A DNA stretch of 64,000 nucleotides from Bilabrum cf. latius (Eukaryota), in NCBI GenBank assembly GCA_965178125.1, contig OZ237735.1:2728001-2792000 (forward strand), written 5' to 3'. The notes under the pieces are model-generated. The model made no database searches, was not told the origin of the DNA, and was given only the letters and a program-made list of their open reading frames with translations. A program made the position numbers and the translations under genes. How positions within the stretch are numbered: the stretch's first letter is position 1; the number at the start of each line of letters is the position of its first letter. Shown here in pieces: positions 50,607-63,194 of this stretch.

Positions 50607-53600
50607 TCAGTCTCTCGTCAGCCCCTTGATCGCATTCCCTTGCATCAGCCGCGCCCTGGCCTCGGCATCCCCACGTGCCCGTGCCTCCCGCGAGGCCTGA
50701 GCCCGCCGCCCGACGTCTCTTGCACTCGGGGGATCCGCCCTGGCCCGAAGCACCTTGAAGGGCTTGCGGTTGCCCCTGGCTCCCTTCCAGCTCGGCCCCG
50801 GCGCCTGGGCTGCCCTCATGTCGTCCCTCGCCGCCTCGATGCGAGCCGCCTCGCCGTGTCTCTCGATCCACTTGAGTCGGAACTGGGCCAGCCGCCACTC
50901 GCGCCCCTGCCACTTGAGTCGCCCGTCCGCCTCGGAGCCGTCTCCGTCTTCCTCTTCCTCTTCCTCTTCCTAACCTCCTTCATCCTCACGCCCACCCGCA
51001 CCGCGGCTCCGCATCATGTCCCTGCTTTCAGTCCCGCCTGCCCCCACACCGGGCGCAGACACGCCGTCCCCCGCCACCCGCGCCAGCCACCTCCACGCGT
51101 CCGATCCCTGCCAGCCCTCCAGCCCGTGTCCTCCCGGCACTGCCACCACCCAGTCGACGAAGTTGTCCAGGTCAAGCTACCCGGCATACTCGAGCGCGCG
51201 GTGCCTCCGGTGAGGGATCGGCTTCCGGCGCTTGCCCTGGCCCCTTCTCCCCTTGCCAGCGCCCCCGCGGTCTCGCGATTTAGTGGACGATGATGCGTCC
51301 ACCAGCGGCTGCCCTGCCCCCCCGAGAGCCTGTGACAGGCTCCCATCGAAAGCAGCCACCAGCCTGAGAGCATCCACGGGGGCCACGCGCAGGCCGGCAG
51401 AGGCCAGGGCCTGTCCCAGCTCCACGTGGCTGAGCACACCGTCACCGTCACCGTCCTGGGCCCGCAGCTTGCGCCGGAGCAGCTGCTCAGCCGCCTTGGA
51501 GGTCACCGGCAGCGACCTGCGGAGGGCGATCCTCAGCCTCAGCAGCCGCCCCGGGTCCATGGTGCCAGGGAGGGGCACCGCCCTGCCGACTCCCCAGCGC
51601 TCCTGAGGGGCGGCAGCGGCCCGCACCCGCATGTCCTGCAGCATCTTCATGGACTCTGCGGCCTCGGGGCGGGCGGCGGGCGGTGGCGGGGCCATGCTGC
51701 CTGCGCCTCTGCCGCTGGCGTGCAGGGGCAGGCTAGGGGCACCGGCGAAGGGGCGCGAGGGGTCCGTGTCCCAGGCCCCCCGCAGCTTGAGGAAGCCCAC
51801 GGGCCGTCCCGGGGGCACGTGGGCAGGCAGGGGCTGCTGCTGGGCCGCTGCACTCGACACAGTTGGGTCATATCCCTCCGCCACGGGCTGTAGAGAGGCG
51901 ACTGGTGGCTCCGGCAGCACCTGTTCCAAAGGCCCCCGGGTCGAAGACGACGATGAAGTTCTCGCTAGCTGTTGCGGCTAGGCTGGGGTGAGTCCGCCTG
52001 CCTCGTCGGGCAGGTCGCCACTTGCATCTCTGGATGCATCGTGGTCGCTGTCCTCGCCGAGCGTCCCCAGCGCCGCCTGTTCCCTGCCCCTCGCCTCCTC
52101 CGCTGCGCCCGCGTGGCCTACTCCGAGGAAAGGGACCCCTTCTTCCGCCCCCGGCTGCCTCCAGATGCTCACCGGCTGGTACTCGGCTGCACCCAGGACT
52201 CTGCGAGGAACATCACTCGCACGATCATGCTGCCCTCCAGCACCGCCCCCGTTGTCGCCTCGGTGCACCGCGTGCAGCTGCACGTGCGGGGACCCACCCG
52301 TGCGCGTGACGGGGCCAGGCAGCGCCGGCTCGCTCCACACGGGCCTCATGGCCAGAGCGGAGGGCGCCCCCGCCGCTTGCACTGGAGCTTCTTCTGCCCC
52401 GCTGGTTGACGCACCAGCAGACTGCGGAGCTCGAAGGGCCGCCCGCGACGGGCCTTTCTGCTGCCTGCCCTGGGCAGCGGGCTCCTCTTCCTCCTGATCC
52501 GCTTGGAAGGCTGGCACCTCCTCCTCCCTGGACCCACTATCGAGTGCCCCAAAGTCGCTCTCGCCCTCGCCCCCGACCTGCGCATCCAGCATGCGCCCTG
52601 CACCCACGAGTGCAGTCTCCAGACCCTGCGCCCTCACAAACGCCAGTCCAGACGCTGCCCCCGCCGCCTTGGCAGCTGCAGCCACCTCACCCTGGGACAG
52701 CCTTGCCCCGCACCTTTCCAGCACCGCCACCACGTCGCCCAGGGGCACCACCGCACCCTCGCTGGCGCTCCTGGACCGCTGACCCCCCCTCGCCCGGAGC
52801 GCCCTCGCAACCAAATCGCCCGCCTGGGCCGCTGACGATAGCCCCGTGCCCCGCTGCACGGCGCGCAAGAGGAACGCTGCCCCACCCATGCCCGCCCGCA
52901 GCGCCTTCATCTGGGCCTCGCTGTGCACGCGGGGCTTCCGCACCTCCACTCCACCGGTGGACCGACCCCCAGAGGACAGGATTCCCCCCGCGGCAGCCGC
53001 ACCCCCAGGTCTCGTCAGTCCACCCGCCCCCACGAACTCATCAGCCCCCCCTCGCCCCACACCCGTGCCCCTGCCTGCCATGAAGCCGGCAATGCCCCCG
53101 CGCACCGCCGCCACGTCTCCGTCGTGGTGCGCGTGTACCCCAGAGGGACCGTAGCGCAGGGGCGACCCGGGGGCTCCTCCCCGGAACGCAGCCCCCGCAC
53201 GCTCGGGCCTTGGCCTCGAGGACTCCCTGTCTAGCGGGCCCCGCATGGCCTCGTCCAGCGCGTCCCCAGTCGACACTGGCCTGGGCCCGCCCCTCCCGAA
53301 GGGCCCCAGCAGCGCCCTCGCGCTGCCCGTCACAGACCCCGGAGCCAGGGCACGGGCCTCGGCTGCCCACGGAGCAAACTGCCCCTGCCCCTGCCCCTGC
53401 TTCTCCTCGCCCACCACGGGAGAAGCGCCGGTGCCGTACTCTGCCTCTCTCTCCCCCCCGCCGGTGCGGTCCGTGGGCTGTCCCGCTGCCCCTGCCCCTG
53501 CACCTGCCACTGCAGGCAGGCCGGGCACGAATGCCCCACTGGCCTGGAGCTGGGACCCCGCAGCTCGCAGCCCAGGGGGCGCCTTCTTCCTGCTGCCCAG

Positions 53601-54303
53601 GCGAGGGCCCATCCCCGCCCTGCTCCCCATGAACTCGTCACTGCCACTCTCAAAAACGAGGCCCCCGCCCCCGCTCGTGCCGCGGGTGGCGCCATCCGTC
53701 CACGTGGATTCCTCCGCGCGCTGGATCGCCCCCAGCAGGCGGCGGTAGTCCACCACAGGCACCGCGCTCACCACTGAGGACGATCCAGCGCTCGCACTGC
53801 CAGTGGTGCCACCTGCACCCGGCTCCTGCCCCTGCCCCAATGCACCGCTTCCCGTTCGCAAGGACTCGGCCGCTGGCTGGGCTCTCAGGCGAGTGACTGC
53901 GCCGGCTCGCTTCGCCATGGCCTCGATCTAGTCCCTGGACAGATCCAAACCAAGCCGACGAAGCGCCGTAGAGGCTCCGCTGAACGTCACGGTGCCCGTC
54001 TGAGCCGAATCGAATGCCTGGAACACCGCTCTGGCGTTCTGGCCTGGGCGAAACACGCGAGGGGCGGCGTTCCGCATCACCGACACGGGGTCATTTCGAG
54101 CATTCGGTAAGCTCGGGGGTTGGATGTTGCTCTTCGAATCCTCGCCAGAGCTACCAAACGGTGCCACCCGGTGCGCCACACCACGAGCTGCATCGCGGAG
54201 GCCACGACGTCGAAGAGGTTGACCCTAGGGGTCTAGAAAGCATCTGCGGGACAAATTGATGCGATTTTAAAGAAGATCACTTCATATGCGGTATGTACCT
54301 CAT
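50607..54303 (-). CDS. Large low-complexity protein with EF-hand-like motifs
   Basis: ORFs 53928..54179, 51978..53918, 51177..51929 and 50607..50819 share a frame joined across TAG. EF-hand-like segments VFQAFDSAQTGTV and QDGDGDGVLSHVEL. The 5' end (ATG 54303 with a short intron 54244-54298) is tentative. Confidence 0.6.
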
Positions 54304-54844
54304 GCTCTAGCAGATAAAACGGCCCCTGTCGGTTCACTTTGCATTTGATACCTTACTCATCGTATTCTCCCGTAGATACGTGCGTTCGCGAGCCAGCTGA
54401 TGCACACAACTGAGACATACCGCAGGTGACCGGCAAGTACCGAGTAGAACCGGTTGCACTCGCGAATAGACGCAAATTGTCCAGTTTACGACTCGACAAC
54501 TACCGAACGTTCCACCGGCGGGTTCGATCATTTGTGGATTCCGGAAACCGGACGCGGCCGTGCGCGTCGACGCTTCTTCGCGCAGATCAAGCGCGCCGCA
54601 GCCAGATTGCTGTGCGAACTCAAACAACAAAGCTTTGTCTTTTCTGTAGGGAGCTTGCTTCCCCGAGGTTTGCAGATCAATTCGTGGCAAGTTGCACTAG
54701 TTCTTGTTGCCCCGTCATCACTCCACGCGGATCCACGTCGGGAGCACCAGCCTCGACGTAAAAGCACGGCCTCGCGGCCAAAGAGACACCATATAGCGCC
54801 GGCGCAGTAGCGCAGGCATTGCATTAAGTAGGATTCATAGGCAC

Positions 54845-57800
54845 ATGGCGGCGTCTGGTGCTGGCAGCGACGATTCGGCGGGAGGATCTTCAGTCCCCCA
54901 GTCGTCTTCGTCGTTCGAGGTAGCCCAGAGCCGGGACGCGTTCACGTTCGTGGTCTTGGGAGCAAGCGGAGATTTGGCTAAGAAGAAGACGTACCCAGCT
55001 CTCTTTGAGCTGTACTGCGCAAAGCTCCTGCCACGCAAGGTGCAAGTCATCGGGTACGCAAGGTCCAAGCTGTCCGATTCTGACCTGCGCGACCGGCTAA
55101 GACCGTTTCTGGAAAAGAAAGCAAAGCAGCTGATGGAAGAAGACAAGGTCGATGGCTTCCTGGAGCTGTGCTCGTACAGTTAGGGCCAGTACGACAGCCC
55201 CTCCGACATGAAGTCTTCCATGGAGGATGCGTCGGCCGCGGAGAAGGAGCTTTCGGAGACGGGGCGGGCCAACCGCATCTTCTACCTCGCTGTGCCTCCC
55301 ACAGTCTTCGTGGATGCCGCAAAGACGGCTCGGGAGGGCGGCTTCGGCAGCTCTGGCTGGAACCGCGTGGTGGTCGAGAAGCCCTTCGGGCACGACGCGG
55401 CGAGCAGCGCCGAGCTGTCTCGGGACATGAAGTCTCTGCTGAAGGAGGAGGAGATGTACCGCATCGACCACTACCTGGGCAAGGAGATGGTCCAGAACCT
55501 GATGGTGCTGCGGTTCGCCAACGCCGTGTTCGAGCCGTTGTGGAACCGTGAGCACGTGAGCATGGTGACCATCACCTTCAAGGAGCCCTTCGGGACCGAG
55601 GGCAGGGAGGGGTACTTCGACAAGTTCGGTATCATCAGAGACATCCTGCAGAACCACCTGCTGCAGGTGCTGTCGATCGTGGCCATGGAGCCCCCGGTCA
55701 GCCTCGCGGCCGAGGACGTACGCGACGAGAAGGTCAAGGTGCTTCGGTGCGTGCCTCCCGTGCGGCCCGACGACGTGGTGGTGGGTCAGTACGGGGCCTC
55801 TTCCGATGGGGAGAGGAAGGCCTACAGGGACGGGAGCCCGGAGGTGGCGGACAGCACCGCGCCCACATTCTGCACGTCTGTCATCTGGGTGCACAACCGC
55901 CGCTGGGCGGGGGTCCCCTTCGTGCTCAAGGCGGGCAAGGCGCTGAATGAGCGCAAGGCCGAGATCAGGATCCAGTTCAGGGACCCGCCGCAGATGCTTC
56001 TGGGAGGTGCGCGGCCCTCGGTGGCAGAGCAGTACGGGCAGGGGCCCGGGCCTGTGGGCGCCGCCCAGCTGCAGCGACAGCAGAGCGGCGCCGACTCGAG
56101 CGACGGCGGGACGGTCGTGTCGGGGCCCAAGCAGCCCCTGTACGGCTACCGCAACGCCGCGAACGAGCTGGTGATCCGCATCCAGCCCGACGAGGCAGTG
56201 TACCTCAAGATCCTGTCCAAGCTGCCCGGCCTGCAGACCGCCGCTGTTCCCTCCGAGCTCGACCTCAACTTCAGCAGCAGGTTCCCACTCAAGAGGGCCC
56301 CGGAGGCGTACGCCCGGCTGCTGCTGGACGTGCTGCGGGGGGACCAGTCCCAGTTCGTGCGCACGGACGAGCTGGCAGCGGCCTGGGAGGTGTTCACTCC
56401 GCTGCTGCACCGGCTCGAGGGCACGGATGGGGGCCCGCCCGTGCAGCCGATCATCTACAGGTACGGCAGCCGGGGGCCGACGGAGAGCGACGACCTCATC
56501 CGGCGCATGGGCTTCAAGCGAGACGAGAGCTACGACGAGTCTTGGAGGCAGGCCACTGACCCGGACGAGCTTCGGCAGATGCGCGACTCTCTGCAGCTAT
56601 CCACGGGCACGCTGCTAACGCTGGTGAACCAGATGCTGTCCGAGATGGAGGCAGGGCTGGCCAGAGAGGACTCTGGATCCACCATGAAGATGATCTTCAC
56701 TCACATCCAGAAGGTGCCCACGGGTCGGGAGGAGGGCAGGTACTGGGGCGTGGACGTGGGTGGGTCCAACCTGAGGGTGCAGCCAGTGCGGCTGTCCCCC
56801 GACAGCAAGGGCAAGCTGGACGTGAGCGTGGAGGAGTGCAAGGTGGGCGAGGCCATCCCCGAGGAGGTGCGGATGGGGGACGCCGATGGCCTCATGAGCT
56901 ACCTGGCCAGCAAGATGAAGGACGGCGGCGTGCAGGACGGAGACGTGGTGGGCTTCACCTTCTCCTTCCCCGTGCGTCAGACGGCCATCGACGAGGGCGA
57001 GCTCATCGCCTGGACCAAGGAGTGGGGTGTCAGCGGGGTCGTGGACAAGCCCCTCGTGGCCATGCTGAGGGCCGCTCTCGTCAAGGTCGGCTTGGGCGGC
57101 GTCAAGATCGCGTGCATGCTGTCGGACACAGTGGCCACGCTGCTGGCGGCCAGGGCTGCAAACCCGGCGTGCGTGTGCGGGGTGATCTTGGGCACGGGCA
57201 CCAACGCGGCGTACGTGGGGCCGTGCGCCGGGATCAAGAAGCTGTCCGGGGAGCAGCGGGCGGGCGGGCTGGCCGTGATCAACACCGAGTGGGGCGCTTT
57301 CAACTCGCAGAAGAACAGCAGCGTGCGCATGCCGCTGACTCCCTACGACAATGAGATGGACGAGCAGATGAGCTGGGCCTCGCCCGGCACGCAGCGCTTC
57401 GAGAAGATGATCTCGGGCGCCTTCCTGGGCCCCATCTGCAGGGTCGCACTGCAGCACCTGGTCAAGGCAGGTATCCTCTTCGCGCACGGGGAGGGCGAGG
57501 GCAAGGGCGGCGAGGGGGAGAAGCCCAAGGGCCCGTACCGCCTGCCCGAGGACTCCCCCCTGCAGCCCGGCTGGCAGCCATCGGGTCCGTCTGATGTGCG
57601 CTTCGAGACTCGGATCGCATTTGACGCGGTGCGGGACCGCTCGGGAGACCTCATGTACGTAGAAAAGGCTCTCAGGGAACAGCTGCAGGCCCCGGGGAGC
57701 ACACTCAAGGAGCGCAAGATGGTCCGGGAGGTGTGCGACCTGGTGGTGCGCAGGGCGGCCCGACTCACGGCGGTGGGTATCGCTGCCGTGCTGCAGCAGG

Positions 57801-58267
57801 CAGGGACCATCGGCGGGTCTGGCGTGGACACGAGTCGGTGCCTGACCAAAGGGGCTGCATGCAGCGGCGTGGACGCTGCTTCCAGCGGGGCCGGTGCGTC
57901 CGAGGACAAGGGCGCGGAGAAAGAGGAGAAAGAGGGGGACGACGAGAGCATTTCGAGGGGCAGGTCGGGCACCAGCGGGTCCGTGAGCGGCTCCTTGGAG
58001 GGCAGCGGCCTGCCGGTGGTGGCGATCGACGGGAGCGTGTTCCTCAAGAACAGGGACCTGGAGGCAGCCCCGGGGGAGAAGAGCGACCGCATCGGCAGGG
58101 GCTTCGACCGGTGGGTAGGGGAGGCTCTGGGAGACCTGGGCGTGCGGTGCCGGCTGGTGGAGGCCACGGAGGGGTCCAGCCTGGGGGCGGCCGTGTGTGC
58201 GGCCATGTACGGGAGCGAGGCCGTGGATGCCAAGGAGGGCGCGGCGGCGGCGGGGACCAGCAGCTGA
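54845..58267 (+). CDS. G6PD: Glucose-6-phosphate dehydrogenase - hexokinase fusion protein (1140 aa)
   Basis: G6PD motifs [35 protein letters not shown] and [11 protein letters not shown] are followed in frame by hexokinase motifs [57 protein letters not shown] and GSSLGAA. A single TAG at 55181-55183. Confidence 0.93.
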
Positions 58268-58419
58268 TCGATTTGCGATAGCGAGGCCTTGGGACCCATC
58301 GGCCCGGCGGTGTGGATCTGGCGTGCAGGGGGCGGGCAGCTGATCGATTAGTGATGCGCGCATGGCATCGAGAAAGAAATTAAGAGAATTCAACAAAGCG
58401 TGTCCTTCGTTGCATCCGA

Positions 58420-60025
58420 TCAGCAGCACGTGTAGTACCGGTTTTGCCAAGGGTGCTCGCAGACGTCGTCGCTGTCGCGCACCACTGGTCCCGGGACAGA
58501 GTACGACTTGGCCTTCCACTCTTTGCCCCGGATGACCCAGCAGAGGCCGTCCTGCTCGCAGCAGAAGACCCTCACGTTCGCCAACACGCCCCTGGAGAAC
58601 GGAAAATCGCACTTCATGGTGTGGCGCAGGTACCAGATGCGGGAGGTGTTCTGCGACAGCTCGTAACCGGTGGCGCGCGCCAGTGCCAGCCACGTGTGGA
58701 AGCAAAGCAGGGGGAACACGAACGCCTGGAAAACCCAGAGGTAAATGTTGGCCCAGAAGTGCCCTGCATTCACCTCGTACCACTAGTTCCAGTTCCTCTG
58801 CTCGTGAAAGCCCGACTGCACGATTCCAATCCCCACCCCCATGGCCAAGCTCATGAGGAACAAGAACCACCAGAACCGGCAGTGGTTCCGCTCGCCGATG
58901 CTCGTGCCCAAGAACCCACAGTAGTGGTCAAACCCGTGCACCCACCTGTCGCTGGCAGAGCAAAAGTGCGCCCGCACAGGCACCCCGGGCAAGGGGGGCT
59001 CGCCCGGGCTGCTGGGTCGGGTGCCGACGCCTCCACCCTCGCCCCCGACAGCGCCAGCGGAGCGAAGGCTGGAGGTGCGCAAGCTCCCCGTGCTGGCATA
59101 CATTTCCCTCTCGGCCTGCCTGCGGATCTCATCGGGGTCCAGCCCGAGTTCCCTGGCCTCGAGATCGAACCTTCGCTGCTGCTCCTGATACTTCGCCTCG
59201 GCGCTGTGGGCCCCGTGCCCAGTGGCAAAGTCCCAGTCTGCGCCCGCGGAGGGGAGATGGCCCGCTGTAGCACCAGAAGCGGATGACGCCCTCGCACCCG
59301 ATGGGGCCGGTGCGGGCATGTCATCCGCTCCCGCGCCAGAGGCCGGTCCCGCCGCCCCTCCTCCGCGCGAGTCGTCCGCATACTCAGAGGCGCGCACGAC
59401 GGTCTCGGAGAAAGCCGCCATAGATCCGCCCTCGCTCGCAGATGCCTTGCTATCCGCCCCTCCTAGGCTCGTCCCTGCGCCTCCCAGGAGCCCCGCCTCC
59501 TCGTCGTCGTCCTCGAGGGCTCGGCCCGCCATCCTGCGCTCGCGCTCTCGGGCTTCTCCTAGCTCAATCGCAGTGGCTCGGTGACGGGCTGCCGTTGTCA
59601 TTCGTTTTACTTTTCTTCGAAGTTCTGCCTCAGCCTTGTTCAGGGCAGCTGCGATATGTTGCGCGATTCCAGCGTGCGTGCTACCTTGTTATGGTGGCAG
59701 GGCCAGCTGAGCAAGGATACGTGGTGGACAGGCGCACGGTCGGGCACTCACCGTCGTAAATATAACCTGGATCGGAGCCTTGCACCAACATAAACGCAGC
59801 AAGAGCCATCGCCGCAGTGAATACCTAGCCGAATGCCAAATCTGCATCAACTGCTCCATTTCTGCCGATCAAGTCATTACCTCGCAGCCTCCAAATGAGA
59901 AACATGCCCACACCAAGTAGACATATGAATATTGCTTTGTAGCAAAGGGCCTGTGCAGCATGGATTGATGGGGTATACCAAAGTCGGTTTCGAACGGTAG
60001 GGAAACTACCGAGGTGCACTGCCAT
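58420..60025 (-). CDS. DHHC-family palmitoyltransferase (DHYC variant); intron 59649-59751
   Basis: Two N-terminal hydrophobic segments, then SDPGYI, PVRAHFC..FDHYCGFLGTSIGERNHCRFW, further transmembrane segments and PFSRG..NVRVFC. TAG at 59825 and 58783 are read through; ends in TGA. Confidence 0.88.
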
Positions 60026-60230
60026 TAAAAGGAAGCACTCGACTCACGGCTGACTTAATCCGCTAAGGAAACGATATGTAGTCATCTTTTGACTGCTACG
60101 CTTGTTGGGATGCCTACCTTGCCATACTTCGTACAAATAACAGCACGAATAATTTTCCGGGAAGATAATTGTAGCGTGTACATACAGCTCGCGCTTTGGC
60201 AACTTCCAATAGGCCACACGTACTGCGAGC

Positions 60231-61028
60231 ATGGCGGACAGACAGAATCGCCATGCGTCCAAGGTAGGGGCTGGTGGGCCAGCGTCCACTATGGCAGCCG
60301 CCATGGACCTGAAATAGAGGTAGTACGAGATGGGACTTGAGATGTTCGATATCGACAAGGACCCGTACGTTTTTCGTAATCACCTCGGGCAGTTTGAGTG
60401 CAGGCTATGTTTGACGATTCATAGGACAATTACAGACTATATAGCTCACACTCAGGGCAGGAAGCATGCGGATGGCTTGAGAAAGCGGGCGGCCGTGGAG
60501 CGGAAGAAGCTCGAGGCCTTGGAAGATGGCGCTGCCGGGCCAGCCGTGCCAGGTGCAGGAGAGCTGGGTGGTTCCGCGGATGCTACTTCTTCGAAACGGA
60601 AACGAGTCAGGATTGGCCAGCCTGCGTTCTCTGTTGCCAAGTTGCGGGACCCTCGATCTGGTGCCCCTGGCCTCCAGTTCACCCTGGACTATCCTCACAT
60701 CGAAGAGGGCCTGCAGCCCAGGCACAGGTTCATGTCAGCTTTCGAGCAGAAAAAAGAAGCCCCCGACCGCAGATTCCAGTTCCTTCTCTTCGCGGCGGAG
60801 CCCTACGAGACCGTCGCCTTCAAGGTGCCCAACCGGCCCATCGACCGCGCCGGCGGCCGCCTCCGCACCGACTGGGATGAGGCAGCCCGGCGGTTTCAGC
60901 TGCAGTTTGTGTTTGCCCCCGAGGACAAGGCGAAGGCCAGTGCCGGTGCCAGTGGCACTGCCAGTGCATCGGCCGCCAAGCAGGGGGGTGCCTCTTCTTC
61001 TTCTTCGGTGCCCATGGTGGCAACTTGA
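60231..61028 (+). CDS. SF3A2: Splicing factor 3A subunit 2 (SF3a66/PRP11)
   Basis: Motifs DIDKDPYVFRNHLGQFECRLCLTIH..HTQGRKH, PRHRFMSAFEQKKE and LLFAAEPYETVAFKVPN. The conserved N-terminus (QNRHASKVGAGGPAS) lies upstream of two TAG codons. Confidence 0.93.
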
Positions 61029-61436
61029 CGACTTGTTCCGATGCAGCGCAGTGCAGTGCATTAGACCAACGGGGGACTGTCTCCAGCCTAGATAGACAAA
61101 GGCTTTGCACTGCAGGACTCCGCTTGTACAGCGAATGCGGATCCTGGATGCGGATGCGCTGCAGGACCCGATCTGACACGATGCGAGCGTCGCTATGGAC
61201 CATTGAATGTGACCTCGGAGGGTACCCGGTTGCGATTTCAGCCGTCCGCGCCCATCGATATCGTAGTGCCAAACCAGCCACCGCCACTGGTTCTGGCACT
61301 ATTTGTAGCATTGGACCAGGGCATCCGGTGTGGTCACCCGGCAGGGGTCCCGTCCTACCTGCAGCGTGGCCACCAGCATGTCGATCAAGAAGAAAAGATT
61401 GATCCACCCTCGCTGCAAACCAGGCTGGCAGTGCCC

Positions 61437-61916
61437 TCAGAAGCCCAGGCGGGCCCTTGCTGCCTGCGCGCTTGCGATGACCGCGGCATCGCTCCGGACC
61501 TTTAGGAACTTCTGGACAAGGTCTGCCATGGATTTGTCCATTGATGCATCCTCGACTGTTGATACCCAGTCTTTGGTGGGGGTTGGGTCGGATGCAAGCA
61601 GTAGACTGACCATGCGTAGATCGTTTTTTGTCACAGCGATTCCAAGCGGCGATTCCCCTGATCCATCTTCCACAGTGGCGTCGGCCCCAAAGTCTAAGCA
61701 AAGCTTTGCAATCTCGAGCGAACAGCTGTGAACTGCGCCATGTAATGCTGTCGCACCATCGATGGTTCCCACCTCAGAAATCGCATCCCCAGCTTCCAAA
61801 CACGTCAGGAACGCCATTGGATCCCCCTTCATCGCGGCCTCAAGCAGCGGGGTCCAGCCCGTTAGCACATTTCGTTTCACAAAAGCCCTCTTTTGGCCCG
61901 GAACCCTTCTATCCAT
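61437..61916 (-). CDS. Small ankyrin-repeat protein
   Basis: Three ankyrin starts GWTPLLEAA, GATALHGAV and GESPLGIAV; ends in TGA. Confidence 0.8.
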   Translation of the reverse strand: MDRRVPGQKRAFVKRNVLTGWTPLLEAAMKGDPMAFLTCLEAGDAISEVGTIDGATALHGAVHSCSLEIAKLCLDFGADATVEDGSGESPLGIAVTKNDLRMVSLLLASDPTPTKDWVSTVEDASMDKSMADLVQKFLKVRSDAAVIASAQAARARLGF

Positions 61917-62048
61917 CCTATTTAATGCCGATTCTGCCCCGCAGCCAACGAATACCGGTTCATGGAACGTTCGAACGGGTTCGTTAATTCGACACCGTTG
62001 CAAAATTCAAAACTCTGTACTGCTTTACAGCAATACTGCGGGCATAAC

Positions 62049-62942
62049 ATGTCTTCTCTCTTCGACCCGGAAGAGATTGCTGCAGAAGATGAGAGGCTGC
62101 CCCTTCGAATGAACGTGGATGCCTTCCGATTAGGATGTTTGGACTCGTGCTCCGCAGGCCAGGTGAGAGTGACCGACTTCAGCATGCGGCTTACGGTCTC
62201 ATCATTATGCGTTTTGCATAGCATCCGGGGTGACGTAGTATTTTTGTTTATGTCGCAGGATTTAGTGGCTGGTTCATAGCTTGATCTCCCTGTTTGGCTG
62301 TGCTACAAGCTGGTGCGGCTCGGGTTTGCGTCTGTCAGCATCCCGCGAGCATACGCGCACTCCACTATGGTTGATCTCACGGCTGATCCGCGCTCTGTTA
62401 ATTTAAGAGATCGGTCTCCCTTTTTCTATCGGCTGATGCCTGCAGTGTGCCGGACTGTGCGTCCCGCCCACGCGGTTTCGAAGCTGCCCGACATTGTACG
62501 CAAAACTCTTGCGGTTAGAGCTGAAGACATCATGACACGTGGAGGAGCTGAGGCCCCAAGTGACGTATCTGGATTTATTGATTCGCTGACGAATGAGGAG
62601 CAGCTCGTTTTCCAGAAGGCGTACGGACAGGCAAGACGGGCTGCGGCTCACAACCGAGGGTACGGCAGCGAGCTGGCTGCCTCGGGGCTCGCCAGGGCAG
62701 TGGCCAGCTCTGTAGGTGCAGGGGCGGGCGCGGCATCCTCTAGCGAGTAGATGGCAGCGCAGGCAGCCGCGGCTGCAGTGGCTAGCGCCTCGGTGGGAGG
62801 GGCCCAGCCCGCGGGGAAAGGGGGTACCGCGCAGCCAGCCGTGAGCGGGGGTATGCTAGCCGAGGTGGCGGTGGGCCTGGATCCAATGGCGGCGCAGGCC
62901 GTCCGTAGCTTTGCCGCACGCAAGCGCAGACGAATAGTGTGA
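62049..62942 (+). CDS. PSF3: GINS complex subunit PSF3-like; probable intron 62163-62258
   Basis: FDPEEIAAEDERLP, DLVAGS[TAG]LDLPVWL, LTADPRSVNLRDRSPFFY and LTNEEQLVF match the Psf3 pattern. TAG at 62277 and 62748; ends in TGA. Confidence 0.8.
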
Positions 62943-63066
62943 CGAACATAGAGAACTATATCTCCTGACGAGTGCGAAAGTCGCATGGCATTGATGAGGA
63001 ATGCCAGCCACCACAGCCGTGCATCATCAAATGTGATGCACACACACCCTCTTTGATCCGCCTGCC

Positions 63067-63194
63067 TCAGTGGCTCTCCCTGGGCACATCATGCCCGCTG
63101 GCCCCGTGCAAGAAGCCCAGGTCGCACCCCTCAGTGGCTCTCCCTGGGCACATCATGCCCGCTGGCCCCGTGCAAGAAGCCCAGGTCGCACCCC
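63067..63194. repeat. Perfect 64-bp tandem duplication spanning the stop codon of the dehydratase gene
   Basis: 63067-63130 is identical to 63131-63194. Confidence 0.95.

Noticed and set aside
56615-58870. Long antisense ORFs (751 aa here; also 55097..56410 and 25613..26986)
   Set aside because: These are shadow frames opposite well-supported genes, expected in GC-rich coding DNA, and carry no recognisable motifs.
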